Part shown: piece by piece, positions 1 to 7,447 of the stretch
Numbering within the stretch: the first letter of the stretch is position 1
Layout of the letters: each line of letters begins with the position of its first letter
Assembly (NCBI RefSeq): GCF_000015025.1
Contig: NC_008578.1
Coordinates: 1,950,001 to 1,982,000 of the forward strand
Direction: 5' to 3'
DNA: 32,000 nt
Origin: Acidothermus cellulolyticus 11B
GTDB taxonomy: Bacteria; Actinomycetota; Actinomycetes; Acidothermales; Acidothermaceae
Notes under the pieces: generated by a model
The model's input: the letters and a program-made list of their open reading frames with translations, nothing else
The model's database searches: none
Told to the model about the DNA's origin: nothing
Position numbers and translations under genes: made by a program

Positions 1-636
1 ACTCACCTTGATGATCATGACTCCGTTCTGTGTGGCAGCCGTGACATCCTCACTCGCCACCGCGCTCCGCCGCATCGTCACCGTGCGGACGACGTCACCA
101 CGCCGGTAGGTGAGGGTGACCGTCGTCCCGGCATCGCCACGGAGCGCGGTCACGACATCGGCAATCGACCGCCCGGCAACCGGGACGCCGCCGACGGCAA
201 GAACGACGTCCCCGCTGCGCACACCGGCTCGATCCGCCGGTGAACCCGCCTGCACGTTGAGAACGGTCACCGCACCGGACGCATCACGGTGCACCCACAA
301 ACCGACACCGGTGTATTGACCATTCATGACATTTTCGAACGAGGCAAAATCCGCCGCGGAATAATAGCTGGACCATTTGTCGTCCAGCGCGTCGAGCATT
401 CCGCGGATAGCGGAGCGATCGAGCTCGTCCGCCGTGACCGGTTTCGCGGCGTTGCGCAGAATTGTCTGTTCCACCTGGTCCAGAAAGCCGGGGGAACTAG
501 GCGCGGCGGCCGGTCGCTGCGGGGCGGAACCGCTGCTCCCGAGAACGCCGGTCACCACACCGGCGCTATAGATCGAGGCAAGCGCGAGAACCGCGCCCCC
601 GATACGAACCCATCGTGAACGACGCGAGATCCGCAC
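1..636 (-). CDS. S41 family C-terminal processing (Ctp/tail-specific) peptidase, N-terminal part only; the 3' end lies beyond the window edge
   Basis: The minus-strand frame is open from GTG at 634-636 to position 1, with an in-frame TAA two codons upstream. It is missing from the ORF track because it has no stop inside the window. My translation is VRISRRSRWVRIGGAVLALASIYSAGVV (signal-anchor helix) ... MNGQYTGVGLWVHRDASGAVTVLNVQAGSPADRAGVRSGDVVLAVGGVPVAG (PDZ-type segment). The order ftsE-ftsX-S41 peptidase is a common actinomycete arrangement. Confidence 0.75.
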   Translation of the reverse strand, partial: MRISRRSRWVRIGGAVLALASIYSAGVVTGVLGSSGSAPQRPAAAPSSPGFLDQVEQTILRNAAKPVTADELDRSAIRGMLDALDDKWSSYYSAADFASFENVMNGQYTGVGLWVHRDASGAVTVLNVQAGSPADRAGVRSGDVVLAVGGVPVAGRSIADVVTALRGDAGTTVTLTYRRGDVVRTVTMRRSAVASEDVTAATQNGVMIIKVS

Positions 637-789
637 CGGTTAATTGTACGGCCTCGCGGCACCACGACGCCGTCGGAAAAACCGGCGAGCCGAACGGAGA
701 CGGGCTCCACCGCGCGCACTTCTCCTGCTGCTCCGGCGACGCCTGACCCGGCACGCAGCACGGCACCAGGGCCGGCTCGAGACGCGCCG

Positions 790-930
790 CAGACCGCGGG
801 CACCTGTCACACCGGGGTCGCGGCAACCGGAGTTGAGGTGGCTCCCCACTGAACCGCAGCACCTGTCACACCTGCGTCCCGGCAACCCGGGGTTGCCGCG
901 ACCCGCCGCTGAACCGCGGCACGGGTCGGC
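790..930. repeat. Intergenic tandem repeat of ~60 nt, ~2.3 copies
   Basis: cacctgtcacacc occurs at 801-813 and 860-872. ctgaaccgc occurs at 849-857 and 909-917. (c)agaccgcgggcac / gaaccgcagcac / gaaccgcggcac start at ~790, 851 and 911. The last partial copy runs into the ftsX stop codon. Confidence 0.7.
880..898 (-). terminator. GC-rich hairpin 32 nt downstream of the ftsX stop; possible U-tract-less terminator
   Basis: cggcaacc-cgg-ggttgccg forms an 8-bp perfect stem with a 3-nt loop. There is no T/U run, so the call is weak. Confidence 0.3.
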
Positions 931-1850
931 TAAATCCGCTGCCGCAGCATGTACGTCTGCAAGGTGGCAAAAGACGCCAGACCCGCGATGACGACACCTG
1001 CGAGCGCGAGATAAGGCAGCGTGCCAAGCACGGCCGGCCACTCGATGAGCGAGCCGAGCGGCGCCAGCACCGGCCGCAGCGTGTGGTCGATGAAGAAGTA
1101 CTTCGTCGCGGCGACAAAGCCAAAACCGAGGAGGGCGCCGCCGAGGCCGGCCAGCATCCCCTCGAGCAGAAAGGGGAGCTGAATATACAAATTCGACGCG
1201 CCGACCAACCGCATGATCCCGGTTTCGCGGCGGCGGCTTGCGGCCGAGACCTGAACCGCAACACCGATCATCACGATGGCGGCAATCACGACGAAAATCG
1301 CCAACGCGATGGCGAAATTCCGGGCGCTCGCCGCAATGTCGAACAACTTTTTGAGGAATGTGTGCTCATCTTGCACCTGGTCGACGCCCGGTTGATTCTC
1401 CACCGCCTGGCGCACGACGTCGAACTTGCTGGGATCCGCGAGCTTAACGGTGAAGGATTCCGGGAGCGCATCCGGCGGGGTGCTCTTCACCAAATCGGGG
1501 AGATCTTTGAACTCTTCCTTGAAAATCTCGTACGCCTGCTGCTGATCAATGAATTGCACGCTCTGGACCAACGGCCGCAGGCTGTTGAGCGTCTGCCCGA
1601 CCTGCTGGACCTGCTCCGGCGTCGCCGCGGTCGGGCAATTCGGGTTCGTGCTGTGTTCGGCGCACAAATAGACCGACACCTGGAGGCGTTGGTACCAATA
1701 GTGCTGGCTGAGATCGACCTGGCGCTGCACGAGCAATGCGATGCCGAAGAGAAACAGCGAGAACGCCGTGATGACGACGACGGCGAAGAGCATGAGCACG
1801 TTCCGGCGCAGGCTGATCGCAAGCTCAGAGAGCACGAAGCGTAATCGCAT
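930..1850 (-). CDS. ftsX: Cell-division ABC transporter permease FtsX
   Basis: ORF 930..2342 was trimmed to the ATG at 1848-1850. The N-terminus MRLRFVLSELAISLRRNVLMLFAVVVITAFSLFLFG matches the FtsX pattern (M..F.L.E...RRN + TM1). It is followed by a large extracellular loop and three C-terminal TM helices. The gene lies 17 nt downstream of ftsE. Confidence 0.9.
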   Translation of the reverse strand: MRLRFVLSELAISLRRNVLMLFAVVVITAFSLFLFGIALLVQRQVDLSQHYWYQRLQVSVYLCAEHSTNPNCPTAATPEQVQQVGQTLNSLRPLVQSVQFIDQQQAYEIFKEEFKDLPDLVKSTPPDALPESFTVKLADPSKFDVVRQAVENQPGVDQVQDEHTFLKKLFDIAASARNFAIALAIFVVIAAIVMIGVAVQVSAASRRRETGIMRLVGASNLYIQLPFLLEGMLAGLGGALLGFGFVAATKYFFIDHTLRPVLAPLGSLIEWPAVLGTLPYLALAGVVIAGLASFATLQTYMLRQRI

Positions 1851-1867
1851 GAGAACCCTCGTCCTGA

Positions 1868-2557
1868 TCAGTTCGAATAGCCGTACACACCGCGGGACTG
1901 GTCGCGGACGACGTGACCGCCGTCCAACTCGATGACGCGCCGGCGCATCGAGTCGACGATGTGCGCATCGTGGGTCGCCATGACCACCGTGGTGCCGGTC
2001 CGATTGATGCGATCGAGAAGTTTCATGATTCCGACGCTGGTCGCCGGATCCAGGTTGCCGGTGGGCTCGTCGGCCAGCAGGAGCATCGGACGGTTCACGA
2101 ATGCCCGGGCGATGGCGACCCGCTGCTGCTCGCCGCCGGAGAGTTCCGATGGCAGCCGGTCCGCCTTGTCGGCAAGACCGACGAGCTCCAACACCTCGGG
2201 CACGACCCGCGCTATGTGATGTCGCGGACGGCCGATCACTTCGAGGGCGAAGGCCACGTTCTGCGCCACGGTCTTGTTCGGCAGCAGCCGGAAATCCTGA
2301 AACACCGTACCGATCTGCCGGCGGAGCGCCGGCACCTTCCACGCGGACAGCCGCGAGAGATCCTTGCCGGCGACGTACACCTTGCCGTGGGTGGCCTTCT
2401 CCTCCTTGAGCACCAGCCGCAAGAAGGTCGTCTTGCCCGATCCGGAGGCGCCGACGACGAAGACGAACTCCCCCTTGTTCACTTCCAGCGAAACGTCCTG
2501 CAACGCCGGTCGACTCTGCCGCGGGTAGATCTTGGTCACGCGTTCGAAACGAATCAC
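1868..2557 (-). CDS. ftsE: Cell-division ATP-binding protein FtsE
   Basis: Walker [13 protein letters not shown] signature [14 protein letters not shown] and Walker B LLLADEPT are all present. I chose the GTG at 2555-2557 ([12 protein letters not shown]..., 229 aa), which gives the typical FtsE length and N-terminus. The upstream 35 codons of the ORF look like an over-extension. Confidence 0.9.
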   Translation of the reverse strand: MIRFERVTKIYPRQSRPALQDVSLEVNKGEFVFVVGASGSGKTTFLRLVLKEEKATHGKVYVAGKDLSRLSAWKVPALRRQIGTVFQDFRLLPNKTVAQNVAFALEVIGRPRHHIARVVPEVLELVGLADKADRLPSELSGGEQQRVAIARAFVNRPMLLLADEPTGNLDPATSVGIMKLLDRINRTGTTVVMATHDAHIVDSMRRRVIELDGGHVVRDQSRGVYGYSN

Positions 2558-2700
2558 CAGCGCATCACCAGAGTCACTTCTCGGGACGTCACCCGCGCAA
2601 GTGTAGACAGCCGACGTCCAAGATTCAGGTAAGCCCCACCTCGGCGACGCACGCAGGCTCAAGCTGGGACGTGGGCGCGCGCGCCGCGGGCTCCGGGTGC

Positions 2701-2841
2701 GGAAGTGCGGCCGGACTGAGCCGGGCCGCCAATGCGCGCGCCGGGTGCGCCTAGTGCACGGCCCGGCAGTGCCAGGGTCCGCCTAGTGCACCCGGCCCGG
2801 CAGTGCCAGGGTGCGCCGGGTGCGCCTGGGCCGGAAGTGCG
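2701..2841. repeat. Nested direct-repeat array in the ftsE / Zn-ribbon divergent intergenic region
   Basis: gcctagtgcac(g/cc)gcccggcagtgccagggt occurs twice (2749-2778 and 2781-2812, period 32). These copies are flanked by gcgccgggtgcgcct at 2738-2752 and 2813-2827, and by ggaagtgcg at 2701-2709 and 2833-2841. Confidence 0.7.
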
Positions 2842-2914
2842 CGACACTGGAAGGGTCCCAACGACGGCCGCCGACGATCCGCCGTCGCACCACCGGCCGG
2901 GAGGGAGGAACCTG

Positions 2915-3109
2915 ATGTCCTGCGAGCACTTGGTGTGTGCGGCGTGCTCCGGCCCGGTCGAGCAGGCGCGTTGCCCGGTGTGCCGCGAGGCGCGCGCACG
3001 AGTGCATCACCCGACGACGCACGGCATACCGCCAGTCATGATCGTTATCTTGGTTACGGCGGCGGCTGTGCTGCTCTGGATTCTCGGTCGCCTCGCCGCC
3101 CTCGTTTGA
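2915..3109 (+). CDS. Small (64 aa) Zn-ribbon-like, C-terminally membrane-anchored protein
   Basis: ATG at 2915 follows a strong SD (GGAGG at 2904-2908, 6-nt spacer). The sequence is MSCEHLVCAACSGPVEQARCPVCREARARV..., with two CxxC pairs, followed by one hydrophobic helix (PPVMIVILVTAAAVLLWILGRLAAL). Third-position GC is mostly high. The upstream part of ORF 2732..3109 overlaps the repeat array and was discarded. Confidence 0.55.
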   Translation: MSCEHLVCAACSGPVEQARCPVCREARARVHHPTTHGIPPVMIVILVTAAAVLLWILGRLAALV

Positions 3110-4219
3110 TCACCGACGTTCCCGCTGCCGACGCCAACGGACCCCGGCGTCAATGAATTCGTCGATCTCACCGTCCAGGACGCCGGCCGTGTTGCTGGTT
3201 TCGACCTCGGTCCGTAGATCCTTCACCAGCTGGTACGGATGCAGAACGTAATTGCGAATTTGCGTGCCCCAGCTCGTCGTCGTCTCACCCCGCAGCGCGG
3301 CGAGCTTCGCCGCTTCCTCCTGACGGCGACGCTCCAGCAACCGAGCCTGCAGCACCATCATGGCGGTCGCACGATTTTGCAATTGACTGCGCTCATTCTG
3401 GCAGGTGACGACAATACCGGTCGGCAGGTGCGTGATCCGGACCGCGGAATCCGTGGTGTTCACACCCTGGCCACCGGGACCGGAAGAGCGGAACACGTCC
3501 ACCCGGATCTCATCCTCCGGAATGTCGATGTGGTCGGTTTTCTCCACGACCGGGACGACGTCCACACCCGCGAAGGACGTCTGCCGGCGGGCCTGGTTAT
3601 CGAACGGGCTGATCCGCACCAGCCGGTGCGTGCCGTGCTCCGCGGCGAGGAGACCGTACGTGAACGGCGCGTGCACGATGAATGTCGCGGATTTTATGCC
3701 GGCTTCCTCGGCGTACGAGGTGTCGAGAATTTCCGTTGGATAGCCGTGCCGCTCCGCCCACCGCAGGTACATGCGCAGCAGCATCTGCGCCCAGTCCGCG
3801 GCGTCCACGCCACCCGCTTGCGAGTTGATCGTGACCAGCGCTTCCCGCGCGTCGTACTCGCCGGAGAGAAGCGTCCGCACTTCCAGGTCGTCGATGGCTT
3901 TCTGCAGCGCGGCCATTTCCGCGAGCGCTTCGGTACGGGTGGGTTCGTCATTCTCCGCCTCGGCGAGCTCAAAGAGAACCATCACGTCGTCCAGCCGCTT
4001 GCGCAACCCCTCGACCCGGCGAATTTCCGCCTGCAGAAAGGAAAGCCGGCTGGTGACCCGCTGGGCGTTCTCTGGATCGTTCCACAGTCCGGGGTCGGCG
4101 GCTTGACGTTCGAGGTCGGCCGCCTCGCGGCGCATCGCCGGCAGGTCGAGCACCTGCTCGATACCGGCGAGTCGGGTGTCGAGGTCTTTGAGGTGTTCGT
4201 GGGGGTCTTGCGGCTGCAC
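3110..4219 (-). CDS. prfB: Peptide chain release factor 2, uninterrupted with no programmed +1 frameshift
   Basis: The SPF tripeptide (RISPFD) and GGQ motif ([23 protein letters not shown]) are present. The GTG at 4217-4219 gives a 369-aa protein starting [25 protein letters not shown], colinear with actinobacterial RF2. The 104-codon Arg/Pro-rich extension of ORF 3110..4531 was rejected. Confidence 0.9.
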   Translation of the reverse strand: MQPQDPHEHLKDLDTRLAGIEQVLDLPAMRREAADLERQAADPGLWNDPENAQRVTSRLSFLQAEIRRVEGLRKRLDDVMVLFELAEAENDEPTRTEALAEMAALQKAIDDLEVRTLLSGEYDAREALVTINSQAGGVDAADWAQMLLRMYLRWAERHGYPTEILDTSYAEEAGIKSATFIVHAPFTYGLLAAEHGTHRLVRISPFDNQARRQTSFAGVDVVPVVEKTDHIDIPEDEIRVDVFRSSGPGGQGVNTTDSAVRITHLPTGIVVTCQNERSQLQNRATAMMVLQARLLERRRQEEAAKLAALRGETTTSWGTQIRNYVLHPYQLVKDLRTEVETSNTAGVLDGEIDEFIDAGVRWRRQRERR

Positions 4220-4454
4220 ACCTGGAGCGTAGCGGTTCGCGGCGAACCGGGCGGTGCACCGGGCGCGCGGAGACGCCGCGGGACGCAGGCGCAGGCGGGG
4301 ACGGGCGTGCTGCGGGGACACCCCAGCGGAACGCCGCGGGGACGCCGCCGGGACGCCGGCCGCCGTACACCCCGGGATCCGGCTCCCGGGCGCCTGTGGA
4401 CTTCGTCCCGGTGATCGGGGAGGCCGCGGCTCCGCCCACCCCGACGTCGGGGGA

Positions 4455-4480
4455 CGCCGCGGGTTCCCGTCCCCGCGGCG
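4455..4480 (-). terminator. GC-rich hairpin 67 nt downstream of the last tad-operon gene; possible terminator
   Basis: cgccgcggg (4455-4463) and cccgcggcg (4472-4480) form a perfect 9-bp stem with an 8-nt loop (ttcccgtc). There is no U-tract. Confidence 0.3.
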
Positions 4481-4546
4481 AAATCGCCGGACCGGCCCCC
4501 TCTGCTGCTGCCGGATATCGCTGCTCGACAACGACCCGGCTCGTGG

Positions 4547-5080
4547 TCAACCGCTCGGCAGAACAAGGAGCCGCGCGTCAGCATGCCGGGCGATCGGCAC
4601 GCCGCGCCACCAGGAACCCGTAATCACATTGACGATCGGCAGGCTGACCGTACAACTAAGCGACACACTGACCGTTCGGTCCGTCGCGTCGAGGGTGGCC
4701 GCCGTGATGGATAGCGTCCCGGACCGGCAGGACTGCGGCGCTCGACCCGGTTCACCGACATAATCAGCCACCGCTGCGTACACCTCCGCATCAGAGAGCG
4801 GAAGCCACTCCGCCAGTTCGGTGGTGTATGCACCTGCGAGCGAAACATGCTGTGCTGCGGTGAGTGCCGCGCCGTCCGCCGTGGCTTGCAATACGCGCTG
4901 CGCAAGAAAAACCGTGGACAGATCGACGATGACGGTGGTGAAACCAAGAATCACCAAACCAAAGAACACGATGAGCAAGCTGATCTGACCGCCGTCGTCG
5001 CGACACTGCGACGCGCTCTTCCCGCGTACACGAGCCGAACGGACGATGGCGCGGTTTCCCGCCATGCCCGGCCCGCTCAT
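4547..5080 (-). CDS. TadE-like (Rv3654c-family-like) pilus assembly / pseudopilin protein
   Basis: It has an N-terminal hydrophobic helix (GGQISLLIVFFGLVILGFTTVIVDL) followed by AQRVLQATADGAALTAAQ, which resembles the A-D-x-A-A-L-A-A-A signature of actinobacterial TadE-like proteins. Its start overlaps the upstream stop as ATGA (5077-5080). Confidence 0.65.
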   Translation of the reverse strand: MSGPGMAGNRAIVRSARVRGKSASQCRDDGGQISLLIVFFGLVILGFTTVIVDLSTVFLAQRVLQATADGAALTAAQHVSLAGAYTTELAEWLPLSDAEVYAAVADYVGEPGRAPQSCRSGTLSITAATLDATDRTVSVSLSCTVSLPIVNVITGSWWRGVPIARHADARLLVLPSG

Positions 5081-5688
5081 CCGGCCGCTCGGAACGAGTC
5101 AACGACTTCGTCATGCTGCGCGGACACGTCAACGCCAAGCGGATGCCCGAAGAGGGAACCCGGCAGAAACGGCAATTCCGCACGGGCTCGCACGACGACG
5201 CGAATCATCAGTCCCGGTGCGAGGGAGACGGCACATGCATCGCGGGTCACGCACTGTACGGCCAATTGCGTGGAACAATCGAAAGCATCCGCGGATTCAT
5301 TACGCAGGGCGATTGCGGCGGCGGCGCATGCCCGCGTGAGACCATCCGTCGTCGTCGGCGCCGTAACGAAGGCGCGCGCCGCTTCGCGGGCCGCCGCGGT
5401 GACGCCGTACGCCGTGCTCTGCACAGCGAAGACGGCAAGAAACACGTAAACGAGCGGGATCAAAAACAGCACGCCCAGGATCAGGTACTCAACAATGGCG
5501 TTGCCGTCATCGCGACGCGCCAATCCGCGGACGCTGCGCGTGAGCCCGGACAACACATTTGCGCCCTTGAGCCGGGACAACCGATCCGCGCCCTGCCGCC
5601 CCGACGCCCGATCCGCGCCCTGCGCGCTCGGCATCCGTGGCGTCCGGACGATGCGATTCCCGTATCGCGTCGAGCGTCCTGCGGTCAC
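5077..5688 (-). CDS. TadE-like pilus assembly protein; start uncertain
   Basis: RRDDGNAIVEYLILGVLFLIPLVYVFLAVF is a TadE-type N-terminal segment (E/D-x-G-x-A-x-V-E-F/Y plus a helix). The GTG at 5686-5688 overlaps the upstream stop as GTGA. Alternative starts are the ATG at 5632-5634 and the GTG at 5554-5556. Confidence 0.6.
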   Translation of the reverse strand: MTAGRSTRYGNRIVRTPRMPSAQGADRASGRQGADRLSRLKGANVLSGLTRSVRGLARRDDGNAIVEYLILGVLFLIPLVYVFLAVFAVQSTAYGVTAAAREAARAFVTAPTTTDGLTRACAAAAIALRNESADAFDCSTQLAVQCVTRDACAVSLAPGLMIRVVVRARAELPFLPGSLFGHPLGVDVSAQHDEVVDSFRAAG

Positions 5689-6113
5689 GGATCCTCCGAC
5701 AATACCGCGGCGGCTGCGTGAATTGTCCGCGTGCCAACAATGGCATCCAGCACACCCGACACGTGGACCTCAACGACGGGAACTGCCGCGCCGTCCGGTG
5801 TGGTCCGCACGGTCCGCTCCGCCTCGGCCGTGACCGTCAGCCGCCGGCCGACCAACGCCGGTACGCACGCGTCGATTCGCCGATGGACGGCGGCACGTAT
5901 CGTCTCCGGCCCGGCGGTCACAATGTCATGACTCGCCGCGTAGCGAGCCGCATCATGCGCGCAAGCCGCGAGCGTATTCCTTACGTACAGCACGGAACCG
6001 ACGTGGAGGAGTGCGACGAACAGCGGCATGAGCAGCAGGCTCACCAGCACGAGATCGACGACGGCGGACCCCTCGTCCATCACCGGCGACGACCATTCGT
6101 CAGGGACCGGCAT
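5685..6113 (-). CDS. TadE-like pilus assembly protein
   Basis: MDEGSAVVDLVLVSLLLMPLFVALLHV is a TadE-type N-terminus. I chose the ATG at 6111-6113, which overlaps the pilin-like gene by 14 nt. The ATG at 6078-6080 is an equally plausible start. Confidence 0.6.
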   Translation of the reverse strand: MPVPDEWSSPVMDEGSAVVDLVLVSLLLMPLFVALLHVGSVLYVRNTLAACAHDAARYAASHDIVTAGPETIRAAVHRRIDACVPALVGRRLTVTAEAERTVRTTPDGAAVPVVEVHVSGVLDAIVGTRTIHAAAAVLSEDP

Positions 6114-6330
6114 TGCTCTGATTCGAAATCTTGTCGAACGCACTGGTCAGAAGCTGCCGAAGCTGATCGCTGGCGATCCCCCAAATAATGACGACGAGGA
6201 CCGCGGTCATCAGAGTGATCATCACCCAGCCGGGAACGTCACCGCGCTCCCGACCGCCAGCCGCCGTTGGCAACCACGCAACGAGTCGCAGTCGTGCACG
6301 GCCAATTCTTTGGGCCAGTGAGGACATCAT
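6100..6330 (-). CDS. Small Flp/DUF4244-position pilin-like membrane protein (76 aa)
   Basis: ATGATG at 6325-6330 follows a good SD (AAGGAG, forward 6338-6343, 7-nt spacer). It has a basic leader (MMSSLAQRIGRARLRLVAWL), then ..GGRERGDVPGW, then one hydrophobic helix (VMITLMTAVLVVIIWGI). It sits between tadC and the tadE-like genes, as Rv3656c does in M. tuberculosis. Confidence 0.55.
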   Translation of the reverse strand: MMSSLAQRIGRARLRLVAWLPTAAGGRERGDVPGWVMITLMTAVLVVIIWGIASDQLRQLLTSAFDKISNQSNAGP

Positions 6331-6511
6331 CAGCTGTCTCCTTTTCCTACCGGCGCTGCCGCTCCCTGCCGCGACGACAGCGCGCTGCTGTTCTTCCCGT
6401 TCTGCGGCACGCATCGCCGCCGGTTTCCGTCTTCGACGGTGAGTGCTTTCCGCTCTAGTTATTCACCGTGTTCACATCGCTTTCCCACTTGATTCGTCAC
6501 TCTTCCGTTCT

Positions 6512-7447
6512 CTAAATCAGCAAGTGCAGGGAAACGAAACTCGGGAACAGCGCAAAGAGAAGCGTGATCGGTAAGATCAGGAACACGACAGGGACCATCA
6601 TGCCGATTTCCTTGCGTCCGCCGATGTCCAGCAAGGAACGCTTGGCCGCTTCACGGACGTCGGATGCCTGCGCGCGCAGCACGTCTGCGAGCGGCGTCCC
6701 GCGTTGCATCGCGACAATCATTCCGTCGACGAAACGCGACATGATATCGAGGGGATTGCGCGCGGCGAGATTCTCCAGGGCAGTGACGAGTGATCCCCCG
6801 GTTCGCGCCTCGCTGAGCGCTCGAGCGAATTCGACGGACAGTTCTCCGCGACACACCCGAACCACCCGTTCGAGCGCCGCCGCTGGGCTCTCCCCGGCTC
6901 CAACCGCCAAGGCGAGCAATTCCGCGACCGTCGGAAATTCGGCGAGCATCCGCCTGCTGCGCCGCTGGGCCTCCCGGCTCAACGTGACGTCGCGGGCGAT
7001 TGCCCCACAGCACGCGGCGATAACGCAGAGCATCCCGAGCGCGAGCGGCGGGCGGTGCGGATTCTGGGCGAGGAGCAGCAGGCTGACGCCGAGCCCTACG
7101 AGGAAACCGATTGAGCCCCATAGCACTTGCTCGACCCGGAATTCCTCGACAGCCATGTTCCGTCCAGCTGCGTCCAGGCGGCGACGAACACTTCCCGGGC
7201 CACCCATGACACGATCGACACGGCGGGCGATGTCAGCGAGGACCGGGGCAAGCAATTGGCCCACAACCGGCCACGTGCCGCGCGCTGCCGTGTGGACGGG
7301 CGGCTGTGAGGGTCGTGACCTGTCCCGGAGATACGGGGCGAGGCGGTCCGCCAGTCGTGGATGACGAAAATGCGGCACGCCCGAAACGGCGAGCGCGGTA
7401 CCGACGCCAGCACACAATCCCACCGCGGCTCCCGACGTCAGAGTCAT
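6512..7447 (-). CDS. tadC: Tad pilus inner-membrane platform protein TadC (T2SS-F family)
   Basis: It has the GspF/T2SSF-type domain (ELLALAVGAGESPAAALERVV ... GTPLADVLRAQASDVREAAKRSLLDIGGRKEIGMMVPVVFLILP) plus N- and C-terminal TM helices. Its start overlaps the tadB stop as ATGA (7444-7447). Confidence 0.8.
   Translation of the reverse strand: MTLTSGAAVGLCAGVGTALAVSGVPHFRHPRLADRLAPYLRDRSRPSQPPVHTAARGTWPVVGQLLAPVLADIARRVDRVMGGPGSVRRRLDAAGRNMAVEEFRVEQVLWGSIGFLVGLGVSLLLLAQNPHRPPLALGMLCVIAACCGAIARDVTLSREAQRRSRRMLAEFPTVAELLALAVGAGESPAAALERVVRVCRGELSVEFARALSEARTGGSLVTALENLAARNPLDIMSRFVDGMIVAMQRGTPLADVLRAQASDVREAAKRSLLDIGGRKEIGMMVPVVFLILPITLLFALFPSFVSLHLLI

Noticed and set aside
930-2342. Over-long ORF-track versions of real genes: ftsX to 2342, ftsE to 2662, prfB to 4531, tadB to 8364, nnaR to 18587, nirD to 18993, the NasB-like gene to 23259, and narK from 25514.
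   Set aside because: The extensions overlap the upstream gene or the intergenic repeats and are Arg/Pro-rich. They precede internal starts that reproduce the canonical family N-termini, have an SD, or show ATGA coupling. I trimmed them accordingly.
2701-2841. A CRISPR array; the same question applies to 790-930 and 27804-27893.
   Set aside because: There are only 2-3 copies. They are directly adjacent or nested, without unique spacers of uniform length. No cas genes are present in the window.
3110-4219. A programmed +1 frameshift in prfB.
   Set aside because: RF2 is encoded in one uninterrupted frame from the GTG at 4219. I saw no in-frame early TGA or CUU-UGA-C-type site. Frameshift-less prfB is known in many Actinobacteria, so this is not anomalous.
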